Source of the DNA: a virus
Lineage: Duplodnaviria > Heunggongvirae > Uroviricota > Caudoviricetes
DNA: 64,000 bases
Reading direction: 5' to 3' (one strand)
IMG/VR virus record: IMGVR_UViG_3300042402_002792
Shown here piece by piece: positions 36,665 through 46,030 of the stretch (the stretch's first letter is position 1; the number at the start of each line of letters is the position of its first letter). A program made the translations under genes and the position numbers. The notes under the pieces were generated by a model that saw only the letters and a list, made by a program, of their open reading frames with translations, was not told the DNA's origin and did not search any database.

Positions 36665-37399
36665 ATGAAAGACATTTTAACAGACATTGTAGCACATACA
36701 CATAACTTAGGCTTTTTACCTTTGCTTAAAATCACAGGTGAGACAGCAGCTACTACTATCGAAAGCATGGCTGAGGACCGTTCAGTCATTCTAGTTGGTA
36801 AAACTAAATCAGCTATCGACGAATTTAAAGATGCTGTGTTTGGCATGCCAAACTTAGACAAGCTAAATCTTCATTTGAAGAATCCAGAATATAAAGAAAA
36901 AGCCAAAATTGAAGTAGTTGTTGGTACTAGAAATGGTGTAGACATTCCTACTAATTTACACTTTGAAAACGAAACAGGTGACTTTGTCAACGACTATCGT
37001 TTTATGAATACAGAAATCATTAACGAAAAATTAAAGACTATTAAATTCAAAGGTGCAAGTTGGGATGTAGATTTTGAACCTAGCGTAGCAGCCGTTACTA
37101 GATTAAAATTACAAGCGGCAGCACACTCAGAAGAAAACACCTTTCAGGTTAAAACTGAAGACGGAAACTTAGTATTTTCGTTTGGCGATGCTTCAACCCA
37201 TGCCGGTAACTTTGTATTTCAAACAGATGTTAAATCTAAGCTCAAGCAATCATGGGCTTGGCCGGTTAGTCAAGTTATGAGTGTGCTTAATCTTGACGGT
37301 GACAAAACCATGAAGATCAGTGATCAAGGTGCTATGATGATCACTGTAGATAGCGGACTAGCTGACTATCAATATATCTTACCAGCACAGAGTAAGTAA
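36665..37399 (+). CDS. Sliding clamp (T4 gp45/PCNA-like)
   Basis: 244 aa, beta-rich and acidic, directly downstream of polB; clamp loader present in the window. Confidence 0.65.
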   Translation: MKDILTDIVAHTHNLGFLPLLKITGETAATTIESMAEDRSVILVGKTKSAIDEFKDAVFGMPNLDKLNLHLKNPEYKEKAKIEVVVGTRNGVDIPTNLHFENETGDFVNDYRFMNTEIINEKLKTIKFKGASWDVDFEPSVAAVTRLKLQAAAHSEENTFQVKTEDGNLVFSFGDASTHAGNFVFQTDVKSKLKQSWAWPVSQVMSVLNLDGDKTMKISDQGAMMITVDSGLADYQYILPAQSK

Positions 37400-38568
37400 T
37401 GGGAAATTTATTATTCATTATAGCGGCCATGGTTTTTGTACCATGGCTGTTATTAAAAATTACACGTTTAGAAAAGTGGATACCAGTGCCAATGGCGCAG
37501 ATTGCCTTTGGCATTTGTCTTGGACCAAGTGCGCTTGGTTCAAGTTGGCCTGAACTATGGACTACAGTATTCACTCAACCTATTAGAACAGGTCTCGACG
37601 CTATACAAATTCTAGCAATTACTATCTTTGCGTTTATTGCAGGTATTGAATTAAAGCCAAAAGAAGTCATTGCCGAACAAGGTAATGCTATCTGGGGCAA
37701 AGCGTTCCACGTTATTCTAGTACCAATTGTACTTGCTGGTGCAGCTTTTATGGTATTCTTCGATGATCCAGTTTGGCATAATCCTGACGTACCATTTTGG
37801 AAGTATGCTTGGACTATGGGTGTAGCCACTTGTATTACTGCAATGCCTATGCTGGTAGTGGCCAGTCAAAATTTAGGAATTTATAACACTCCTAATTTCC
37901 GTAAGCTGTTAGCCCTAGTGACCTTTGATGATTTGATCCTATGGTTAACTGTAGCAGTTGTTGTCAGTATGGGAAAGTTAGCCATTAACGCATCAATTTT
38001 CTTTGCTGTATTATTTGTACTATACTATGCTTGGCCAAAGATTCTAGAGTTTGCTGGCGAACAATCATATCCTACGTTGACTGTTGCACTAGCATTAAGT
38101 ATGGCGGCATTCAGTTATTGGGCTGGCTTGCATTGGGTATTAGGTGCATTCTTTGCAGGTATGATTACTCCTAGACATGCTATCAAATGGAACGAAGGTA
38201 TGGCTACACAACAGATGTTTTGGTTAATGCCTGTGTTCTTTATCTGGACTGGATTAAAAACAAGCTGGACTTTGGACTTGTCTACAATTTTACTCGGTGC
38301 TATCGGTATGTTTATCATAGCTGTTGCTACTAAGTTTGCAGGTGTTTGGTTAGCCTACAGAGATCAAGGTATGAGAATAGTCTGTTTAAAGACAGCATTA
38401 TTACAAACTAAAGGTCTAATGGAAATCTTTTTGGTCACTATGCTGTTGACAGCAGGCATTATTAGTGTTAATATGTTTGCTGCCGTGGTAATAATGAGTC
38501 TAATCAGTACCGTAGTTGTTGTTCCGCTTGCTCGTTTATTTTATAAGCCTGAGGTAGACAATGTTTAA
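37399..38568 (+). CDS. Cation/H+ antiporter (CPA2, Na_H_Exchanger family)
   Basis: About 12 TM helices; GICLGPS, FIAGIEL, TFDD and LGAFFAG motifs. Confidence 0.85.
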   Translation: MGNLLFIIAAMVFVPWLLLKITRLEKWIPVPMAQIAFGICLGPSALGSSWPELWTTVFTQPIRTGLDAIQILAITIFAFIAGIELKPKEVIAEQGNAIWGKAFHVILVPIVLAGAAFMVFFDDPVWHNPDVPFWKYAWTMGVATCITAMPMLVVASQNLGIYNTPNFRKLLALVTFDDLILWLTVAVVVSMGKLAINASIFFAVLFVLYYAWPKILEFAGEQSYPTLTVALALSMAAFSYWAGLHWVLGAFFAGMITPRHAIKWNEGMATQQMFWLMPVFFIWTGLKTSWTLDLSTILLGAIGMFIIAVATKFAGVWLAYRDQGMRIVCLKTALLQTKGLMEIFLVTMLLTAGIISVNMFAAVVIMSLISTVVVVPLARLFYKPEVDNV

Positions 38569-38794
38569 ATGGTTCTGGAAGTGGGTAGACCCTAGAGAGT
38601 ACGATCCGTTAATCGAAGGTGTCTACGCACATCAGTATCATAACGAAGATGTAAGACAACGTATTATACAGGCATATAAAGAAAAATATATGCCACCTAC
38701 AACACCTCTTACTAATCCGGAGTTATACGATCCTATGAATCCACCAGAAGGTTGGGTGTATGACCCCTACTACGAAATATGGTTAGAAATATAA
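38561..38794 (+). CDS. Hypothetical protein
   Basis: GAGGT SD; PPEGWVYDPYYEIW motif. Confidence 0.6.
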   Translation: MFKWFWKWVDPREYDPLIEGVYAHQYHNEDVRQRIIQAYKEKYMPPTTPLTNPELYDPMNPPEGWVYDPYYEIWLEI

Positions 38795-38796
38795 CA

Positions 38797-40350
38797 ATGA
38801 ATAAAAATTTAACAGCTACACAAAACGATTACGCATACTTCTTGCCAGCTACGTCCGGCTTTTACAGTACGTTTATCGGAAAACAACGATACAGTAATTA
38901 TGTAGATCCTGCACGTATTCCCGCAAGTTTTAAAAACGGGGTTGAAAGTTTAAACTACTTAGACCCTGACAAAGGTGCTTTTTACTATGATCATTGCTTG
39001 TATTCTGCAGGACATGCTAACTTAGATCTTAACAAGACCGACGAAAGCGAAGATATGTTCCGTAATCGCAATCGTGCTACTAGTTGGGTACTAGGTGACT
39101 CAGGTGGCTTCCAGATCGGTAAAGGTGTTTGGCCTGCTGATTGGAAAGATCCTAACTGTCCTAAGGCACAAAAGAAACGTGAACAAGTATTAACTTGGAT
39201 GGACACGTTAATGGACTATGGCATGATTCTTGATATTCCAGCTTGGGTGGCTCGTAGTCCAGCAGGTCGTGCGGCAACTGGTATTAACAGTTATGCAGAA
39301 GCAGTACAAGGTACATACATTAACAACGACTGGTTTATCAATAATCGAAACGGTAATTGTAAGTTCTTAAACGTCTTACAAGGTGAAAATCATGCTGATG
39401 CTGATGATTGGTATGATCGTATGAAGAAGTATTGCGATACAACAATCTATGGCGATCGTGCATTTAATGGTTGGGGTATGGGTGGGCAGAATATGTGCGA
39501 TATCCATCTTGTACTAAAAAGATTAGTAGCATTACGATTCGATGGGTTACTCGAAAAGGGGCAACATGACTGGATGCACTTCTTAGGAACTAGCAAATTA
39601 GAATGGGCTGTGTTGTTAACGGATATTCAACGTGCAGTTCGCAAGTATCATAATCAAAATTTTACTATCAGCTTTGACTGTGCCAGTCCGTTCCTTGCAA
39701 CTGCAAACGGTCAAATCTACATCCAGACCGAAACAGAAGATAGAACCAAATGGGTATACAGAATGCAGTCCTCCGCTGACGATAAGAAATATGCATCTGA
39801 CACTAGACTCTTCAAGGACGCAGTCGTTCAAGACAAGATATTCGGCAATTTTGAATCCAGTCCTATCATTGATCAAGTTGAAATGAAAGATATCTGCATC
39901 TACAAACCAGGCGACCTAAATAAGATAGGTAAAGAAGGTAAAACTTCCTGGGATTCATTTAGTTACGCTATTATGATGGGTCATAATGTTTGGATGCACT
40001 GCAATGCTGTACAAGAAGCTAATCGTCAATATGACGCAGGACGTATACCAGCTATGCTAGTACAAGAAAAATTCGATAGACTGTTCTTTAAAGATATCGT
40101 AGAAGCTATTTTTGCAACCAGTGATCGCGGAACTGCTGATGCTGTTGTTGAAGAATATAGCCGTTTTTGGATGAGTATTATTGGTACTAGAGGTGCAACT
40201 GGTAAAAAGACTGTTAATGCTAGTACTATGTTTGCCAATCTATTTGACGAAGTTAACGCTGAGAGTGTACAATCTGAACACGGTGATGAATTTACCGATG
40301 AGGAAGAATCCAAATTAAACCAGCTAGAATTACAGGCAAAAGAAGAATGA
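38797..40350 (+). CDS. TGT-fold transglycosylase (DpdA-like, deazaguanine DNA insertion)
   Basis: TGT motifs in order: GDSGGFQ, MILDIP, VLQG, GWGMGG, HFLG, SFDCASP. Confidence 0.8.
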   Translation: MNKNLTATQNDYAYFLPATSGFYSTFIGKQRYSNYVDPARIPASFKNGVESLNYLDPDKGAFYYDHCLYSAGHANLDLNKTDESEDMFRNRNRATSWVLGDSGGFQIGKGVWPADWKDPNCPKAQKKREQVLTWMDTLMDYGMILDIPAWVARSPAGRAATGINSYAEAVQGTYINNDWFINNRNGNCKFLNVLQGENHADADDWYDRMKKYCDTTIYGDRAFNGWGMGGQNMCDIHLVLKRLVALRFDGLLEKGQHDWMHFLGTSKLEWAVLLTDIQRAVRKYHNQNFTISFDCASPFLATANGQIYIQTETEDRTKWVYRMQSSADDKKYASDTRLFKDAVVQDKIFGNFESSPIIDQVEMKDICIYKPGDLNKIGKEGKTSWDSFSYAIMMGHNVWMHCNAVQEANRQYDAGRIPAMLVQEKFDRLFFKDIVEAIFATSDRGTADAVVEEYSRFWMSIIGTRGATGKKTVNASTMFANLFDEVNAESVQSEHGDEFTDEEESKLNQLELQAKEE

Positions 40351-40598
40351 CCTTACCTGATGAACGGTATCGTGCTGTTAGAATGGCAGAACAACTGTTA
40401 AAAGATTTGTGTGACCATACTATTACTCCTAGAGTTCCTAAAATTATTAGGCAGCGAGCTAGTGGTTGCTTACGTCATTATCCTAGTAGTTGGGATATGC
40501 AACAAGCTGCCGAAGGAACTCCGCATGTATTTCAAGAACGTATGGAGCCAGTGACCCGTCTATTCAAACAATACGAGCAAAGCAAAAATGAATCGTGA
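40347..40598 (+). CDS. Hypothetical phage protein
   Basis: MTLPDERYRA...PRVPK..R..A..CLRHYP; coupled ORF. Confidence 0.7.
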   Translation: MTLPDERYRAVRMAEQLLKDLCDHTITPRVPKIIRQRASGCLRHYPSSWDMQQAAEGTPHVFQERMEPVTRLFKQYEQSKNES

Positions 40599-41112
40599 TT
40601 ATACAAACGGTGTTGCCAAAGACGTAGTATTTTTCTTTGGCAAAGAAGTAGAACACACACCTGCATACGGAATGGATACATTGTTTATTACCGGAGTGCA
40701 GCCTATTAGTGCTATCGAAAGTGTTTTAAATATACCAAAAAAAGAACCTAATCATATTTTCTTTGGTGCAAATCATAGTTTTAATCCTCAAACATACGAA
40801 GAACACAAACTATGGGAAGAAATGATCCGGTTCTTCTTAGATAAAGATTATCTTTGTTCATTAGATATTCCTATCAATCAAGTAGAAGAATTCAACGAAG
40901 GCGGACTCTGCGAACACGATAATTTTATTCCGCAGATAAGAGTGCCAATTCCTTATGTAAAACTTTGGAATTATAATACAATGCTTAAAATCGATGACAA
41001 AGATTTTAAGGCAACTAATCCCGGTGTATGGTCCCACAGTCTACATACATTAATGGATCGTAGTAAGTTTACAGACTGGTCACAATATAAAAACGATGAG
41101 ATCGTTAAATGA
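40588..41112 (+). CDS. Hypothetical protein within deazaguanine cluster
   Basis: Coupled ORF; EVEHTPAYG and HIFFGANHSF motifs. Confidence 0.75.
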   Translation: MNRDYTNGVAKDVVFFFGKEVEHTPAYGMDTLFITGVQPISAIESVLNIPKKEPNHIFFGANHSFNPQTYEEHKLWEEMIRFFLDKDYLCSLDIPINQVEEFNEGGLCEHDNFIPQIRVPIPYVKLWNYNTMLKIDDKDFKATNPGVWSHSLHTLMDRSKFTDWSQYKNDEIVK

Positions 41113-41498
41113 TTATTAGACAAGACATTCGCCCAAATAAAATGATATGGGTTACCTTTCGCAAAGAAGGTATGCACAAGTATCCTGCCGCACTTACAGA
41201 TCCTGCACTTGCAACAGGTGACGAATATGATGTAAGTTTTCTAGGCTATCCGCATCGTCACATTTTCCACTTTAAAGTTTGGATCGGTGTTACACACGAT
41301 GATCGCGATATTGAGTTTATTCAGTTTAAACGCTGGTTGGAAAAACTGTACTCTGAAGGTACATTACAACTAGACTACAAGAGTTGCGAGATGATGTCAG
41401 GCGATTTGTATGACGCTATCTCCAATAAGTATCCTGACCGTGAGGTTTGGATTGAGGTCTCCGAAGACGGAGAAAATGGTTCTTTTATCAAGTATTAA
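41109..41498 (+). CDS. QueD-like T-fold protein of DpdL type
   Basis: LGYPHRHIF (LxxxHRHxF), EFIQFK, SCE and EVSEDGENG; lacks the QueD CxxxHGH motif. Confidence 0.7.
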   Translation: MIIRQDIRPNKMIWVTFRKEGMHKYPAALTDPALATGDEYDVSFLGYPHRHIFHFKVWIGVTHDDRDIEFIQFKRWLEKLYSEGTLQLDYKSCEMMSGDLYDAISNKYPDREVWIEVSEDGENGSFIKY

Positions 41499-41515
41499 AA
41501 CAAGGAAAGCTAATT

Positions 41516-41776
41516 ATGGCTAAGAATAACTATAAAGACGTTAACTACTTTGAAAATCGTCCTGACATTGTTAAGATTTTTGACGATCTAGAAAAGCTTC
41601 ACGATTTTTGTAGATTTGAAATGCTTCCATTTAATGAAGCAGATCTTTATAACAGACAAAGTGATGTTTGGAACAGATACTTCCAAAGCACACGCCCACG
41701 TAGGCCGCGCGGTGAATGGAACAATAATAGAGAATACAACCGAAGCGGAAATGGAAACCGCAACTATCAACGATGA
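41516..41776 (+). CDS. Hypothetical protein with Arg/Asn-rich tail
   Basis: AAGGA SD; ORF. Confidence 0.65.
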   Translation: MAKNNYKDVNYFENRPDIVKIFDDLEKLHDFCRFEMLPFNEADLYNRQSDVWNRYFQSTRPRRPRGEWNNNREYNRSGNGNRNYQR

Positions 41777-42861
41777 TTTATATTGTTGATTTAGAGGCTG
41801 TAGAAACACGCTACACAGCACAATGGAAAGAACATGTACCTAAAATTCTTAAAAGGGCAGGACACAATGTCAACATTATATCAGGTCCTACGGACATTCC
41901 TAGTGCTACCACTCCTGGAGCATTTCTCAACTTTGGCGGCACTAATATATACAAAGCTAGTCAAGTGGAGCAGATGGGCCGTTTATTTTGTAACGGATCC
42001 ATTAATCCCGGCGATCATTTTGTGTTTACTGATGCTTGGCATCCAGGTATCATTAATCTAAAGTACATGAGTGAACTGCTGGGCATTCCAGTAGTCACAC
42101 ACGGTCTTTGGCATGCTGGCAGTTATGATCCTCAAGATTTCTTAGGTCGTCTTGTTGGTAAGAAGAAGTGGGTTAGACATGCTGAGAAATCATTCTTCCA
42201 CGCATTTGATCATAACTACTTTGCTACAGATTTTCACATTAGAATGTTTGTAGACAACTTATTAGAAGATGGTTATAAGAGTGAGAACCCTTGGTACGAG
42301 GAAGATTACGACGACTTACAAACTAGCGGCAAGATTGTACGCACTGGATGGCCTATGGAATATCTTAAAGATATTCTAGTTCCTTACAAAAATATGCCTA
42401 AGCGCGATTTAATTTTATTTCCTCATCGAATCGCCCCTGAGAAGCAAGTTGAAATTTTTAGAGATTTAAAACATTATTTGCCTCAATACGAGTTTGTTGT
42501 CTGTCAAGATCAACAGTTAACTAAGAACGAGTATCACAACTTATTAGGTGAAGCAAAGTTAGTTTTTAGTGCTAACTTACAAGAAACATTAGGCATTAGT
42601 TGTTATGAAGGTGCTATTGTAGATGCTATTCCTATGGTGCCTAATAGACTTAGCTACACAGAAATGTATTTTGATACATTTAAATATCCTAGCGAATGGA
42701 CTGAAAATTTCGAAGCATATCAGACACACAGACCTTATGTTGCCAAAGCTATCATAGAGCATATGGAGAATTATCGAACAAGGCTTCCTATGCTTATTAA
42801 ACAAACGGAGGCTCTGCATGAGCAATTCTTCTCAGCAAACAAACTTGTATCAAGGTTTTGA
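41773..42861 (+). CDS. GT-B fold glycosyltransferase
   Basis: FPHRIAPEKQ and ETLGISCYE (E-x7-E) signature of retaining GT-B enzymes. Confidence 0.8.
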   Translation: MIYIVDLEAVETRYTAQWKEHVPKILKRAGHNVNIISGPTDIPSATTPGAFLNFGGTNIYKASQVEQMGRLFCNGSINPGDHFVFTDAWHPGIINLKYMSELLGIPVVTHGLWHAGSYDPQDFLGRLVGKKKWVRHAEKSFFHAFDHNYFATDFHIRMFVDNLLEDGYKSENPWYEEDYDDLQTSGKIVRTGWPMEYLKDILVPYKNMPKRDLILFPHRIAPEKQVEIFRDLKHYLPQYEFVVCQDQQLTKNEYHNLLGEAKLVFSANLQETLGISCYEGAIVDAIPMVPNRLSYTEMYFDTFKYPSEWTENFEAYQTHRPYVAKAIIEHMENYRTRLPMLIKQTEALHEQFFSANKLVSRF

Positions 42862-43243
42862 AGCTAAAGATATAGAAACTTTAATAAAAGAATGTACTAT
42901 TGATCTTAGTGGAACTGGTGCAAACATGAATGATATGTCTATTACTAATTCATATAGTGGTCAATCTTACAGTTACACTACTGCTACTCCTACAATAACT
43001 ATCGGCACAGGCGGTGCAAGTACTTACTCTATAGGCACATTGAGTACTACTGATATAATTACAATGGATAGTAGTAGTTTTACATTTAATCTACCAACAG
43101 AATGGATAGATTGCTTACCTCCACTAGATCGTATTCAAGATATGTGTGAAAAATATCCCGGATTAAAAATTGCATTTAATAATTTCAAAGTTGTATATGA
43201 GATGGTAAAGGACGATTATGATAATCCAGTTCCTAAAAAATAA
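42818..43243 (+). CDS. Hypothetical protein (Thr/Ser-rich)
   Basis: Overlapping ORF; C-terminal MCEKYPGLKIAFNNFK.VY motif. Confidence 0.6.
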   Translation: MSNSSQQTNLYQGFEAKDIETLIKECTIDLSGTGANMNDMSITNSYSGQSYSYTTATPTITIGTGGASTYSIGTLSTTDIITMDSSSFTFNLPTEWIDCLPPLDRIQDMCEKYPGLKIAFNNFKVVYEMVKDDYDNPVPKK

Positions 43244-43697
43244 ATTTTTTCAACTGTTAGAACGTAACGACCGTAAAAGAATTATTATGGATCGTGTGGA
43301 CAATGAACCATATCTTGAACGCTACTATGTGTTTCTTAAAGATAGAACATGGTTTCCATTTAATGTATTCTTACACAAGTTTCTTAAATCAGATCCAGAT
43401 GATGTACATGATCATCCATGGCCCTATGCAACACTAATACTTAAAGGTGGGTATTATGAATGGATTCCAGAATTTAACAGCAAAGGCGAAAAGATTAGTG
43501 AGATTGCAAAGTGGCGAGCTCCTGGTCATTTTCGTTTTTGTAGTGCTACTAGTTATCACAGGATTGAATTAGACCCCAATGTAGAATGTTGGACTATGTT
43601 TATGCCTGGACCGCAAAAGAGAGAATGGGGATTCCTCGTAAAGAATAAATGGATACCGAATGGCGACTACCTTAAACAACGTAAAATCAGCGGGTAA
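43218..43697 (+). CDS. Cupin-fold protein
   Basis: HDHPW...LKGGYYE...YHRIEL motif. Confidence 0.7.
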   Translation: MIIQFLKNKFFQLLERNDRKRIIMDRVDNEPYLERYYVFLKDRTWFPFNVFLHKFLKSDPDDVHDHPWPYATLILKGGYYEWIPEFNSKGEKISEIAKWRAPGHFRFCSATSYHRIELDPNVECWTMFMPGPQKREWGFLVKNKWIPNGDYLKQRKISG

Positions 43698-44034
43698 TTT
43701 AGTTTATACTACTAATAGTACAGCCGGGCAGTTTTTAACAAGTACTGGATCTAACGGCACTAGTTGGACTACAAATACCGTATCATCATATGACAATGTA
43801 ATGGTTGTTAGCGGTGGCGATCCGGCCAGTTTAGAAGTTAAAGGCAGAATGGTAATTAACGGACGAGACTTAGAAGAACGGTTAGACACTATTGAAAAAG
43901 TCTTGCAGATTCCTGAAAGAGATGTTAAACTAGAAAAGAAGCACCCGAAGTTAAAGAAACTGTATGATGAATACATTAATGCCTTAGGTAAGTATAGAAC
44001 ATTTGAAGCAATTAAAGGAGAAGAAAATGACTGA
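43660..44034 (+). CDS. Hypothetical protein
   Basis: Overlapping ORF; C-terminal LEKKHPKLKKLYDEY resembles 42818-43243. Confidence 0.6.
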   Translation: MATTLNNVKSAGNLVYTTNSTAGQFLTSTGSNGTSWTTNTVSSYDNVMVVSGGDPASLEVKGRMVINGRDLEERLDTIEKVLQIPERDVKLEKKHPKLKKLYDEYINALGKYRTFEAIKGEEND

Positions 44035-44230
44035 GTTAATGATTAAAGATAGTCCAGGATTTCAATTACGTCTTAAAAAATGGGAGTGTTTAAGCCCTAA
44101 AGGTTTATATGCGGTTCATTTCATACAGGCAACTAAAGATCAAGATGGCAACATTGATAACGAATCAACATATGAATTCTTTATGGATGCCGAAGAACTG
44201 TCTAACTTATCTAACGCTTTGGTAAAATGA
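44027..44230 (+). CDS. Hypothetical protein
   Basis: AAAGGAG SD before ATG 44027. Confidence 0.6.
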   Translation: MTELMIKDSPGFQLRLKKWECLSPKGLYAVHFIQATKDQDGNIDNESTYEFFMDAEELSNLSNALVK

Positions 44231-44811
44231 AAAAAGTTTATTACTCATGGCGGCAGATCGAAGGTGCAGTTGTAGATATTGCTAGACAACTACAAAAAGA
44301 TCAATGGTATCCAGACTATATAGTTGGCATTACTAGAGGGGGTGCTATTCCTGCTGTAATGCTTAGTCAATACTTAGGTGTACCAATGCGACCATTAGCA
44401 GTAAGCCTAAGAGACGGTGGTGAATGTGTTAGTGATTGTGGCATGGCGGAGGATGCGCTAGGTTATCCTAAACAAGAACGATTTGTTGCTGACGAAAATG
44501 ACATTGGTAGTGTTTTAGATGCTGCTAGTTCAATGTTAGAACAAGGCGAAAACTTTAAAAATATTCTTGTTGTAGATGACATTAATGATAGTGGTGCTAC
44601 TATTGCATGGATTAAAAAAGACTGGCCTAGTAGCTGTTTGCCAGATGACCCAGATTGGCAACATGTTTGGAGTAACAATGTAAGATTTGCTACACTTACT
44701 AATAACTTAGCCAGTCAAGAAACAGTAGATTATTCGGTATGGGAAGTAAACAAATCAGAAGAAGATTGCTGGCTTGTTTACCCGTGGGAGGAGTTTTGGA
44801 AAAATGACTGA
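44227..44811 (+). CDS. Purine phosphoribosyltransferase (type I PRTase, XGPRT-like)
   Basis: YIVGITRGG and ILVVDDINDSGAT PRPP-binding motif; WLVYPWE. Confidence 0.85.
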   Translation: MKKVYYSWRQIEGAVVDIARQLQKDQWYPDYIVGITRGGAIPAVMLSQYLGVPMRPLAVSLRDGGECVSDCGMAEDALGYPKQERFVADENDIGSVLDAASSMLEQGENFKNILVVDDINDSGATIAWIKKDWPSSCLPDDPDWQHVWSNNVRFATLTNNLASQETVDYSVWEVNKSEEDCWLVYPWEEFWKND

Positions 44812-45193
44812 TTTAGAAAGGGCATTAGATGAAAAAAGAGCACCGTGGACAGAAATCGAGTTTCGAACAGAAAAATTTTGGATATTCAGAGACGCTTATC
44901 CAGTTACCCAAGGGCATTTGTTATTTGTGCCTACCCAAGAACGATTTGAAAATATCATGGAGTGCTACAAAGCGGCCTACAAATGGGGGTTCGACGGAGT
45001 CCAAACAGAAAGTTGGCAGGCTTTTAATGTCGGACAAAATGTAGGGGAAGCCGCTGGTCAAACAGTAATGTATCCGCATATTCACATGATTCCTCGTAGA
45101 TCAGGTGATATGACCGATCCTCGTGGCGGTGTGCGTCACGTTATACCAGAAAAAGGAAATTATCGTGTACAAAAGCAGAATACAGATGCTTGA
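44804..45193 (+). CDS. HIT-family nucleotide hydrolase
   Basis: D.YPVTQGHLL.VP; NVG..AGQTV.YPHIHMIPR. Confidence 0.88.
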   Translation: MTDLERALDEKRAPWTEIEFRTEKFWIFRDAYPVTQGHLLFVPTQERFENIMECYKAAYKWGFDGVQTESWQAFNVGQNVGEAAGQTVMYPHIHMIPRRSGDMTDPRGGVRHVIPEKGNYRVQKQNTDA

Positions 45194-45362
45194 AGAAAGT
45201 CATCGATTGCTAGACAAGCAGATTACTGAAGGCAATTATACTGAAGAACAAATTTCAGAAATGAAAAAGCGTAAACTTATGCTTAAAGATGAAATTGCCC
45301 GACTAACTAAATTACAATGGATTGAAGATCATGAGAGCGTTGACTTCGACGACGACAGATAA
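45165..45362 (+). CDS. DUF465/YdcH-like coiled-coil protein
   Basis: GTG start after AAAGGA; LEESHRLLDKQI...KRKLMLKDEI. Confidence 0.6.
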   Translation: MYKSRIQMLEESHRLLDKQITEGNYTEEQISEMKKRKLMLKDEIARLTKLQWIEDHESVDFDDDR

Positions 45363-45567
45363 GACATTCCCCCACGAAGTTGTTGTCCCTTGGCATAGTG
45401 AACAAGGCACTGTCTGGTGGAATGAAACTTGCGCTATGGTATTAGAAGTGTTTGGTTTGCCTGGACATAGGTTTATGTATAGACCTTATCTAGACTATAT
45501 GGTTTTCGAGTTTGAATCAAAAAAAGACGAACAACTTTGCAGAATACTATTAAGTGAAAGAATATGA
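45322..45567 (+). CDS. Hypothetical protein
   Basis: Coupled ORF; start uncertain. Confidence 0.55.
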   Translation: MKIMRALTSTTTDKTFPHEVVVPWHSEQGTVWWNETCAMVLEVFGLPGHRFMYRPYLDYMVFEFESKKDEQLCRILLSERI

Positions 45568-45755
45568 AATACGCTATTGGTGCTATTATTGCCACTATAT
45601 GTTGGATGATTGTTTTATCCCTTATTCCTATGCCCGAAGAACGTGTTCGTATCTATGACTGCGGCATGGCAGAGTGGCACCCTGATATTCCGTCAGATGT
45701 TAAAGAAGCTTGTAGGAAACGATTTAAAAAGGCGCCTGCCGGTCCTCAAACATGA
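45564..45755 (+). CDS. Small membrane-anchored protein
   Basis: N-terminal TM; YDCGMAEWHPD.P.DVKEACR. Confidence 0.6.
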   Translation: MKYAIGAIIATICWMIVLSLIPMPEERVRIYDCGMAEWHPDIPSDVKEACRKRFKKAPAGPQT

Positions 45756-46030
45756 TTAACTTTTTTATTAGAATTAGAAATCCTTTTAGCCATAAGTTTG
45801 TTAACTTATGGTCTCGTACATTTAAAACGCCATTTAAAAAGAAATTTATCGAATTAGAGTTTTATCGTGACAGTAGTTTGTTAGCATGTACGATTGACTG
45901 GACAGTAAGACAAAATCACGCAGGATTAAATTTAGAATTAGGTATTGCCGGTTATTGTTTTAATTTTACATTCTACGATAGTAGGCATTGGAATCATGCA
46001 GCTGGTAGATACGAATTGTATAACGAATGA
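45752..46030 (+). CDS. Hypothetical protein
   Basis: Coupled ORF. Confidence 0.55.
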   Translation: MINFFIRIRNPFSHKFVNLWSRTFKTPFKKKFIELEFYRDSSLLACTIDWTVRQNHAGLNLELGIAGYCFNFTFYDSRHWNHAAGRYELYNE

